A DNA stretch of 64,000 bases from Squalus acanthias (GCA_030390025.1 CM059431.1:121088001-121152000); one strand, 5' to 3'; positions 1 to 9,710 are shown, counted from the first letter of the stretch. Made by a program: numbers and translations. The notes: generated by a model not told the origin, from the letters alone.

Positions 1-1488
1 GGGCATGTAGTTTTGGTGTGCAGCATTATCATGCAGATCCTATTCAGAAACGGATATTGTCACTATCTCCTAGACTGTTTGTGCAAAATTATAGTACTTC
101 GGCATTAAACCATGTTATATCCAACAAATGTAGAAACTGTAGGAAATGTCATAGGATGTTGTATTACTTTCTCATGCAGCAGGGTGGGCAGGCACTGGCC
201 ACTGAAGTAGGCCCCCAGTAGGGGTGGAGGAAAATCTTGATTGCAATTCTTTGAGCGGGGATTCAACAGTAATCCACCCTGCCCCATTTACTGCCATTTT
301 GCACTCAAGGATCACATCAGAATAGATGGAATCTGAAAAGAAAATTTAGGCCAATAAAAACAGGATGGTACTAGCTTGCAAGAGGTCTCTGCCTTTGCCC
401 TACCCTACTTTCCTGATGGTATCATGGCCATTTATGAACAGGATGGACTCCTGAAACTGTACGAAAGACTTGTAATACCTGAGTGCTGCTCTAGTTTTGC
501 TTTGCTCCTTTTTTATGATGTGCTGTCTTATGTTGTAATATAAAAATATTCTTGAGATACTGCTATTTATGTAGCATGGATATACAGTTGTCCACCCTGA
601 CTGATACTAAATCAACATGCACCTAACAGTTTGGTTTTCCTCCAAAGATTTTAGGTATCAAGATCCTGTAAGATTTCTTTCTGACTGTAGTTTGAATTGT
701 AAGCTACTGCTTGCATTTGTCCTCTGCTTCAGTATGACCATGAATATTTGGCAGTCAGTAGGCTATTTCTCTAATGTAAGGACTGTACAGGATATTTTTT
801 ATTAATGATTTAGTAGAATTTTATTGTCAGGTTATCCATACTTGTCACTGCATGCTGGACTTTACCTCAGCAATTGTCTTCAACTCAGCCATTTTCTTCC
901 TGACCTGTATTCATGTCTTTTGGGGCTTGCACACAACATTTACTTTATCAGCAATCTGCTACCAAGCTGACTAGACCAGTCATTTATGGGGAGAATGCTC
1001 TCTATCCCATACAGTAGGCTATTCCATTTTCTCCTAGCTTCAAAGTCATAGAGCAAATCCCTGTCCTGCTTTCACTTGTGCAAATGCAGGGGCTTAACTG
1101 TCTGTAAAATGTCTGCTCATGCCATCCAACTGCTGCTGTGCATGATAACCATTGCCCACACTCCACTAAATGGCCTGCTGTGTCGGTGGAAGATCATGTG
1201 CAGCTAAAAACAATAATCTTGGGTTTATTAGGCAGGGAAGAAGCCATCTAAAAATATTTGGTAAGCTATCGTTAACCCCCAAATAGCACATCAATGGCAA
1301 TTGCTAGGGTATTGTCTCCACTTTAATTGCTTTGAATGAGTGAATACTTCATTCCACCATTGAATTTGGCTATCTGATTTAATACAGGTGGGCCAAAATG
1401 ATATGGGATACTGGATAATGTTGATTTAATGTGAAAGCTGGCAGGTACCTTCAATCCCAAAAATGTATTCTCTGCATGCATAGAGTGT

Positions 1489-1574
1489 GGGGGGGGGAGA
1501 GGGGGGGAGAGGGAGGGGGAGAGGGGGGGAGAGGGAGGGGGAGAGGGAGGGAGGGAGGGAGGGAGGGGGGAGGG
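1489..1574. repeat. G/A-rich polypurine low-complexity tract (left part)
   Basis: (GGGA/GGGGGA)n run, continuous with 3222-3737 if the solo LTR and one AGGG TSD copy are removed. Confidence 0.95.
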
Positions 1575-3221
1575 TGTAGAATTCGCAAAATTATCGCGAT
1601 TTTATAAAATAAGAAGGAGACATAAAGTTTCGTACAAACAGCTTTATTTCAGCAGAATGCTGTCAGGTTTCAAAGCGGACACAAACAGCCTGTAAAATGG
1701 CCGCCACGCCTCATGGCAGAACGTTCTAGACTTTCAATGGGCAGACAAGATGGCGTTCCAATAAACATTTGTGCAAGATCGTACAGGACTCAGCACATTT
1801 GAGATAATTGACAAGACATGATGGGTTTGCATTTTATACATAAATACTGGAATCGGTCTCCCAGGTGCGAATAAGGGCTATTGTACCGAGCGATCAAGAA
1901 CCCATCCAAAGACATTAATATGCAAAATCCCCACGACTCTACGATGAGAGAGCCGTTTGCGGGTAGTTACAGAAAGCATTTGGAAGCCCCAAAACCCCTC
2001 CAGGTTCCACAATGGGAGAAGTATTAACGGGTACTCAGACAGTTACAAGTATCACCGAAACCCATTAAAAACGGAGATCACCCTATACAAGAAGTTTGAG
2101 CACCAAAACCCTGACAAAAGATAGACATTAAGATTGGGCGGGAAAAAGAAGAATTACAGCACTATAACTGTAAGGTACAACCGTCCATCTTTCTCTCTTG
2201 CCTCTTGCTACTCTTGCTGCTGACTGCTGTCTCTGCTTCTTTTTGCACTTGCTGCTTTGACTCGCTGGAAGACTGTTGAACTTTTATTCTCTTGCCTGAC
2301 GGCTCTGGACTCTGATCCGCTAGGATCAACCTCGTGGCTTGCTGCGAAGATCTGTCTAGAACTGGGCTGTGAGGCCTTGAAACGGGCACACCATCCCGAG
2401 AAGTCGGTAAACGGTGTTGGAACCGAAGCCCCGAGAGGAGATGAGATGAGATGAGATGAGATGAGAAGAGAAGAAGACGACAATACGTATCGCCACGGTC
2501 AGTAAGCCCCGACCGCGCCTGTAAGTCGAATAAACACTTCCTTGCCCAGGAAGACTTTTCTTTGAATTTTACAAACTGGTGAGGGCACAGGAAGACTCTT
2601 CTTCGAGTAGTATCGGAACTCCGAGGACAACACAGATCTTCATGACAGCAGACGGTCCAGCCTGCTAGCCGGAGCAGAAACGAGTAAACAAGTGGGGTAC
2701 AGAGACCCCTGATCAGCACGTGGATAGTCAGGTGCTGCGGTAAAAACATCCGAGCAGAGTTTCGGAATTCTCCGAGTTATCACGAGTGGTGAGCATGAGT
2801 CTCGATCCTACAAATCTAGATTAGGACAGATATTGATAGGGGAGGGTTTAAGTTTTAAGGATAAGTATAATGTGTGTCCCTTTTTACGATGTGTCATGTG
2901 CTCCTCGTTTCCCTAAAATTAGTTACATAACTGTGTGTAAGATTGTACTGTCATTAATCTGTGCTTATGACATGTATCTCGTAATCTTGAATAATATGCA
3001 ATAAAGATTTTCCATTTCGCACTATTCGACCGGGTCTACCTGAGTTTCTCTGCATTATTGCTCTCGCACCTAAGTCCTGTGTCAGAACCGTAAGGGCGAG
3101 TGGGTCGAACCACTCACAGGTGTCTAGTGTTACCAGGCTGGCTGGAGACCAGAAGAGGCAACAAGGCCTAACCTCGCACTAGCACCCAGGCTAAGCACAG
3201 AGCCACAGGTCACCCCTTACA
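1575..3221 (+). mobile_element. Solo LTR (~1.65 kb), family A
   Basis: Starts TGTAGAA and ends CCTTACA. 4-bp TSD AGGG at 1571-1574 and 3222-3225. TATAA ~2163, GGTGAGCAT ~2788, AATAAA 3000-3005. Termini and U5 motif are shared with 36739-38438. Confidence 0.9.
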
Positions 3222-3737
3222 AGGGGGAGGGGAGGGGGGGGGAGGGGGAGGGGAGGGGAGGGGAGGGGAGGGGAGGGGGAGGGGGGGAGGGGAGGGGGAG
3301 GGGAGGGAGGGAGGGAGGGGAGGGGGAGGGAGGGGAGGGGGGAGGGGGGAGGGGGAGGGAGGGGAGGGGGGGAGGGAGTGGGAGGGGGAGGGGGGAGGGG
3401 GAGGGGGGAGTGGGAGGGGGGAGGGGGAGGGGGGAGAGGAGGGGGGAGTGGGAGGGAGGGGGGAGTGGGAGGGGGAGGGGGAGAGGGAGGGGGGGAGAGG
3501 GAGGGGGGGGAGAGGGGGGGGGAGAGGGAGGGGGGGAGAGGAGAGGGGGAGGAGAGGAAGAGAGGGGGAGCAGAGGGGGAGAGGAGGGGGGAGAGGGGGG
3601 TGAGAGGGAGGGAGAGGAGGGGAGGGAGGGGGGGGAGGGGAGGGAGGGGGAGGAGGGGAGGGAGGGGGAGGGGAGGGGAGGGAGGGAGGGGGAGGGGAGG
3701 AGGGGAGGGAGGGGGCGGAGGGGGGGGGAGGGGGGGG
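3222..3737. repeat. G/A-rich polypurine low-complexity tract (G-quadruplex/triplex prone)
   Basis: About 515 nt of almost only G and A. It is the source of the spurious poly-Pro and poly-Gly ORFs. Confidence 0.95.
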
Positions 3738-4393
3738 TGTTTTTGTGTCAGCTTTGCCTCTGACTTCTGAGCGTTTCGAATCGCTCCCACGCCCTTGGTT
3801 CTAGACCTTGGACTTATTTGTGGGTTGTGATACAAAAGGTGCAGCAGACAACTGAGTTTGATGAAAGAACTTCAATCTTTATTCAAGAAAGTAAAACAAA
3901 ACACAAACACTCTTAACACTCTAAAGGTGGGGTACACTTCGGTACAAGTGAGGGAAATAACATTAGAAGAATACTTCACCCCTCCCAACCCCACTTCACT
4001 AGCTAGGTTGGACTCTGGAGAATCAGGGATAATGCTCACCAATCAAATCTTTGACAGTTGAGAGTTAGGGTTTAGAGTCTTTTGAGTAAAAGGTTTCGTA
4101 AGGCCCTTGTTGCCGCGAGGTGTCCGATGGTCACTGAGGCTGGCCGCTCTGGTTTCTTCTTGCGTGTCGGCCTGCTTCTGGAGCTGTTGGCCTTCTTTGT
4201 TGAACTGTTTCTGTTGAACTCTGCCTCTGTTTAAACTGTCTTCTTCCGAGCTGTGGAACTGTCTTCTTGCAGAACTGTGGGAACTGCCTTCTGCCTGCTT
4301 GTTGAACTTGAACTGTTTAACTGGAGAACTGGAGAACTCCCTTCTTACGGAACTGTCTTCTTTAACTGCCCAACTTGCTTCTCCTGAACTCTG

Positions 4394-4612
4394 ATGTGGA
4401 GATGCCGGTGTTGGACTGGGGTGGACAAAAATGAGAAGTCGCACAACACCAGGTTATAGTCCGACAGGTTTATTTGAAATTACGAGCTTTCGGAGCGCTG
4501 CTCCTTCGTCAGGTAAAGTGAGGGAATACAAATCAGTTACAAAGCATATATAGACAGAGAACAATGTGTCTGCAGAGATACAATCCGTCAGGGATTGTCA
4601 AACCGTCAGTAA
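4394..4612 (-). mobile_element. 5'-truncated Penelope-like (pLTR) insertion
   Basis: Absent from the other LTR. 12-bp TSD TCCTGAACTCTG (4382-4393, 4613-4624). Has the same terminus as the 9060 insertion and contains a hammerhead core. Confidence 0.85.
4480..4516 (-). ncRNA. Minimal type I hammerhead ribozyme
   Basis: Minus strand reads TTAC-CTGACGA-A-GGAGC-AGC-GCTCC-GAA-AGCT-C-GTAA. This gives the CUGANGA and GAAA boxes, a 5-bp helix II, a palindromic AGCU helix III and a 4-bp helix I. Confidence 0.85.
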
Positions 4613-5330
4613 TCCTGAACTCTGTAATTCCAGCACTGACTTCTGCTGAAAACAGGCTTTCAAATTGAACTGCAGAACTGCCTTCTGTTGAACTTGAACT
4701 GTTGTTACGGTTTTTTTTGTTGAACTGCTTGATGGGCCTTCAATTATACTAAATTGAAGTGGCCTTATCAAAACCAAATCAAATCCCGGTCATTGTAAGA
4801 CCTCGTTAACAGTAACGACTTTACTAGCATGTTAACTGGTTTTGTAAATGTGTGAAGTGGTTTCAGGATAGCTCCATCCTGTCGATCTGTTGTTTAATCG
4901 GAGTTTGAATTGTCCTCATGTTTTGGGTTTCTTGACTGGGCCTAAGACTTCGATCGAATATTTGCTTTATGCATGTCTTTAATGGGTTCTGTAATCGGTT
5001 TGATGGGACCTGTTGTTTTGGGTGGGACTGTCTCCTCCTAGGGTTTATTGTCAAAATGTTAATGCTTGCTGGGGCTTGAGTGAGGTCATCCCGATTCCCC
5101 AGACAATGCAATTAACTGCAATACCCAAAACTGCTTTTGCAGAGGTTGAACCCACTTTCTTTCGCATCCTTTTCTCCCTTTACAGGCCCAGACATGTTTT
5201 AAAATGCCAAAACTTGGTTTTTGGTCTTAAATTCCTTATGTTAGGCCCAAATGCATTTTTATCACTCTGAGGTAGTTCCAAGGCCTTTTTCCTTAGGGTT
5301 AGGGGATCTGCAAATTTTGGAAACCTTACA

Positions 5331-5340
5331 GTCCCTCCTG
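5331..5340 (-). promoter_or_regulatory. Short polypurine tract
   Basis: CAGGAGGGAC immediately precedes TGTAAGG of the 3' LTR on the minus strand. Confidence 0.7.
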
Positions 5341-5616
5341 CGATACTTTAACTCACTACAGTATCATTGTGGGTGAACAAAATTCCTGATCCCTGAAGAC
5401 CCAACCTTCCGCTGTATTACCGAGACTAAAACCCAAAAACATACATTCCCCTTTTTGGTGTAGTGTTCCAATACATACAGGTAAGAATCAATAATACATA
5501 CACATCCAAGCACGGTGGGGGTCCTACACCCCTAGCAAAACTATAGTACATACATAGTAAAATAATACACGATCACAAACTTTATGCATTTTAATAAAAA
5601 CAAATTAAGGCTCGCC

Positions 5617-5766
5617 CTAAACCTGGCCATAGGCTTTATTGCAATGCTGGTCCCATGCTTTCTCATGTCGGGATCGGAGCACTCTGTCCTTTCCCTTGCA
5701 TTTTGTGCACAGCAAGTCACCGATGCTCACCCCTACCAGGGCGAGCAGGAGTAGAACCTTTCTCAT
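5617..5766 (-). CDS. 49-aa signal-peptide ORF in the env position (env remnant or accessory peptide)
   Basis: MRKVLLLLALVGVSIG|DLLCTKCKGK... has a basic N-terminus, a hydrophobic core and a small-residue cleavage site. It is preceded by the acceptor TTTTGTGTGTCCCTACAG (AG at 5781-5780). Confidence 0.5.
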   Translation of the reverse strand: MRKVLLLLALVGVSIGDLLCTKCKGKDRVLRSRHEKAWDQHCNKAYGQV

Positions 5767-6055
5767 GCCGATTTCCTTTCTGTAGGGACACACAAAACAG
5801 ACAGCCATGTCCCGAGAAGGTTCTTTGGCTTGACAGGTGATCGATTCTCGAGAAACTTTCAAACTTACTCACTAAAATCCTTAATTCTTAAAAATCCTAA
5901 AACTACGAAACTGTAAAATACTAAAATACATTAAAACTCTGTACATTCGCCGCACGTCTCCAGACGGCAGGGCTAAATCCTGTATGGCCTCTGCCTTGGG
6001 CAGCTTCTGAGCAGCCGGTAAGGTGGCCTGTACCGCAGGACCCTGAGAGTCCTTC

Positions 6056-7073
6056 TTAGAGCAACTGAGGGTTTCCCTGAATCCCTGACAATCCCGGGAG
6101 TGTCCCCTCCTTTGGTGTGGCTGCTGAGTCCCTGTCCTGTCCTGTGGGTTCCCCGCAGCCTGAGGCTGCAGGCTGGGGATCCCTAACTTTTGAACGCTCC
6201 CTGGCCTTGGGCACTCCTTTTCGGGTTGCAGCCTCTTTTGGGCTGACCCACTGATGTACCGGTGACCACGGCAGTTTAGGCTGTGGTGTGCGAGGAGACC
6301 TTCTCAGGACTCTGGCCACTGCGGGTGTGCCTGAGTCCCACAAAATCGGTGGAGTGTACCCTCCTGTGATACCAGCCACGGTCCCTGTCGCTGCAGCCTG
6401 TGAGTCTGCCACAGCTGCTGGCTGGGGATTTCTAACTTTGGGGTGGTTCACCTTTGCTGACTGTTCCCTTTTCTCGGGTTTAAACAGCTTACACTGGTTA
6501 ATCTCCCACTCGTGGGTTCTCTGGGGTTCTAACAGCAGCCGATTTTTCTGGTGCTGGCTCCCCAGGTTACTGGCTGCTTGCCAGTGAATCTGTTCTAAAA
6601 TCTCGTCCGCTGCCCTGAACGGACCTTCTGTATGGACTCCCCATTCTCTCTCTTTACCAGGACGGCCTTAAGGACGGGATCCTGGGCTTGGACCTGCTTT
6701 AAGTACGGGGGCAAAGCTACCCCGTGTGCCTCCCTTGACCCGGATTGCGGCTACCGGACCTGCTTTATAGGGATCCCAGAACTCTCCTTCCCTGGCCCCC
6801 TGCTTGGCCCTTTTGGTTACCCTCCCACGTGGTATGGAGGGATCCTAAATCTATGTTCAAAGGTTTGGACATTGCCCCAGCCTGCTCGTTCCCTGTGAAC
6901 TCTATTATGCTAAATGGGAGCTTGTTAGACCTGGGTGAATTGGTCGGCTCTTCCGAATGGACCACCGTGCTGGAAGCCCCGGTGTCCACCAAATATCTCC
7001 TCTGCACCGTCTCCACCCCCATCTTACCATCGTATTCCGGGGAACACAGGTAGACAGGCTGCGCTGGTTCTAG
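6056..7073 (-). pseudogene. pol: pro-pol remnant: aspartic protease N-half fused to RNase H C-terminal, pre-integrase linker and integrase C-terminal fragments
   Basis: Contains the YLVDTGASST protease motif. Shifting frames then give EGNQK..AKQGAREG, LKQVQAQDPVLKAVL, ILEQIHWQAASNLG and INQCKLF. No RT (YxDD) or integrase DDE core fits in the 1 kb available. Confidence 0.75.
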
Positions 7074-8894
7074 TCATAGATCTGCGTTGGGTGGGGCAGA
7101 TGGGATTACAGCACCAATGGCTGTAGCTACCTTCCCTGGGCCATCAAACAGGACTCTGATGGCCGCTACTATTGTGTCCAGTGTGGGGGAAGAGGTCGGT
7201 GCCTCTACTTTTCGGGCAGAAGCTGGGGAATTCTTTGCTAGGCTATCCTTCCAGGGATTTCTACAGTCCTTCCTCCAGTGCCCACTCTTCCCGCACCCGA
7301 AGCAGTTACACTTCGTGTCGGAAGGGTTACTCCATTCCTGGTGCCACTGTTTCTTACCCTGGCTGGGTTTTATCTCATGCACCTTCCCCTTGGGTGGATG
7401 CTCCTCTGCACCTCTACCGTTTCGGTAAGCTAGCGTCAGTTGTCTGACTGTCTCTTCGGTGCCCCGGGGGTCCCTTGGGTCAAACCACAGCTCGGCCTTG
7501 GCCCTGATCCGTGGCAAGCTGTTCGCCACCAGACTTCGGAGCCAGTGGGCCAGCTCATCCTGAGTCAGGAGAGATCTGTCGAGAGCCCCATTACAAGCAC
7601 TCCTGTACACAGGCCACAGTCGGTCTGCGAAAGCCTGTGAGGTCTCCCCTACTAGCTGTGTAGTCTTCTCCACCCTGGAGAAAGGACTACCATCGTTCAT
7701 ACCCATGGCCTCCAGGACTTCCTCTCTGATAGCAGCATATCCACCCTGCCCTCTTTTACTCTCTGCGGAGAGGGACTCGTAGATTTTGCTGTCCAGTGAG
7801 AACAGGAGCATTTTTGCCATTTCGGCATCATCACAGACATTGATGCCTGCTGCCTGTTCCACTTCCATGAAGTGGACTGAGGGGTCTCCCTTTTGGGTAA
7901 GTTTACTCAGGTGGCTTACCATAGCCCTAAGCTGTTGGGTACCGTGGGGAGCCACAAATTAATTTTCAAGGGGTCCCTGACCTCCACCACCAGCGGGCGG
8001 GCCAAACTTTTGCTGTCGGGCTGGGCACATCGGCCCCGGCCCCGACTTTTCCTGCTTTGGTTCGCCCTCCCCGTCCTGCTGCCAGACCAAGTCAAAACTC
8101 GGCTCCACAGGTGGTGGTGTGTCCTCCCTGTCAGCCTCACAGATTATCTGCCCCTCCTGCTGCCTAACTAAGCTTCTCCTTGGCGCCACAGGTGGTGGTC
8201 AAACAGTTTCCCTTTGCTCTTCCAGGCCTTCCTGGGCCGCACCCGGGCTTATCAGGCACACCATGCCTTTTGCCTTAGACAGGGCAAGGTTCAGACTCTC
8301 AATCTGCTTCTGACAGGGGCCGTGGTCTCCCACCTCAAACTCCCTAGTACTGGCTACTCTGCAAGCTGTCTGAACGTCTTTTAACTTTTCTTTAAATTCC
8401 CTTAATTGCTTGGCAAGGCGGGTGTTCTCTTCCCGCAATGCCAGTTCACTACTTTTGGCCTCGGTGGCCTGAAACTGGAGGTATCCCTTACTGGCACGGT
8501 GTTCCTCTATTATCTGCAACTGTTCCTGATCTTTTGAGTTTAGCTCTGCTAATAACCTTTCCCCTGCTATAGCCCTAGCACGGGACAGTTGGCTTGCTTC
8601 CTTTAGCTCTTCTGTGAGAGTCTGAATGCGCTTCCCCAAAAGCTGCATCTGTTTCTGGGAGCAGACCAACCATATGGCCTTTTCCACAGATTTATTATAT
8701 TCCTTGCTCTCAGTCCATGTAGCTGCAGCGTCCATAGGACGTTCAGCATGCAACAGCCTGAGTATCCATTTCTTGGTTATATTAACCTTTTTGTACACAT
8801 AGGAGGACATCCTCTCTTCCATTTTTGTTCTCTCCTCAAAAACAGCATCTACTGCTTCACAACCCTTTTGCCAAGGTCCTGCTGCGATCGCCAT
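7074..8894 (-). pseudogene. gag: gag (coiled-coil, capsid-like region, CCHC zinc knuckle) with two in-frame nonsense codons
   Basis: ORFs 8199-8894, 7959-8189 and 7074-7955 lie in one frame, split by TGA (8201-8199) and TAA (7961-7959). CFGCGKSGHWRKDC matches Cx2Cx4Hx4C. Confidence 0.92.
8877..8893 (-). promoter_or_regulatory. Primer binding site (tRNA-Ser-like)
   Basis: TGGCGATCGCAGCAGGA starts 3 nt after the 5' LTR end. Its complement TCCTGCTGCGATCGCCA resembles Ser tRNA 3' ends. The tRNA identity is tentative. Confidence 0.75.
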
Positions 8895-9144
8895 TATGTA
8901 GGGGGTGGTGTTTTTGTGTCAGCTTTGCCCCTGACTTCTGAGTGGTTGGAATCGCTTCCACTCCCTTGGTTCTAGACCTTGGACTTATTTGGGGGTTGTG
9001 ATACAAAAGGTGCAGCAGACAACTGAGTTTGATGAAAGAACTTCGATCTTTATTCAAGATGTGGAGATGCCGGTGTTGGACTGGGGTGGACAAATGTGAG
9101 AAGTTGCACAACACCAGGTTATAGTCCAACAGTTTTATTTGAAA

Positions 9145-9181
9145 TCACAAGCTTTCGGAGCGCTGCTCCTTCGTCAGGTGA
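9145..9181 (-). ncRNA. Minimal type I hammerhead ribozyme
   Basis: Minus strand reads TCAC-CTGACGA-A-GGAGC-AGC-GCTCC-GAA-AGCT-T-GTGA. Confidence 0.85.
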
Positions 9182-9710
9182 TTTCAAATAAAACTGTTGG
9201 GGGTAAAAATTCACTTGGTTGCGCCTCCCGTTAGCGCCTTAAGAGGGCGCTAATGGGGCGTTAAGCCGCTAACGCCCGGGCGCAGCGATGTTTGCGCCGC
9301 TCGAGAACTTAACTTGAGATTGTGCGGCGGCGCTAAAACTTACCGCTGCGACCACCTGCGCGCGCAGATTATGACGTCATTCCATGGTGCAACGCCCTTG
9401 GGGCGCCCCGGAGCGGAAATTGAGTGGCGCCCCCTGCCTTACCGCCTGGCGCTTCCAACGACCGGAAGACTGGAACGCTATCAATCGGTGTGGGGCTGGG
9501 GGGGGCGCTATTTAAAGGGGGCCTCTTCCTGTCTTTTTCTGTGGTCGACATTTATGCACCACTCGTTCTGAGAGAGAGAGAGAGATTCGGAGAGAGAGAG
9601 AGAGAGACTTCTACATTGACTCAACGCTTTGTGAGGTAGTTTTGCCTATTCATCCTAACTTTGTTGCTACTTTAGTTGCTGTACCTCATTACTTTTCTGG
9701 CAAAGAGAAT

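Larger units (their letters stand above)
3738..5330 (-). mobile_element. 3' LTR body of the 1486-15946 element
   Basis: Aligns with 8909-9059 + 13863-14041 + 14889-15946. On the minus strand it has TATAA ~4745-4749, donor GGTGAGCAT ~4033-4041 and AATAAA ~3878-3883. Confidence 0.93.

Noticed and set aside
2162..2749. 195-aa ORF in solo LTR A, and the 191-aa ORF 37310-37885 in the other solo LTR
   Set aside because: Both are antisense to the LTR, use non-ATG or weak starts, and show no visible protein similarity to each other.
3191..3835. 214-aa poly-Pro ORF and the opposite-strand Gly/Arg/Glu ORFs
   Set aside because: These are translations of the G/A low-complexity tract and LTR end, with no domain or gene context.
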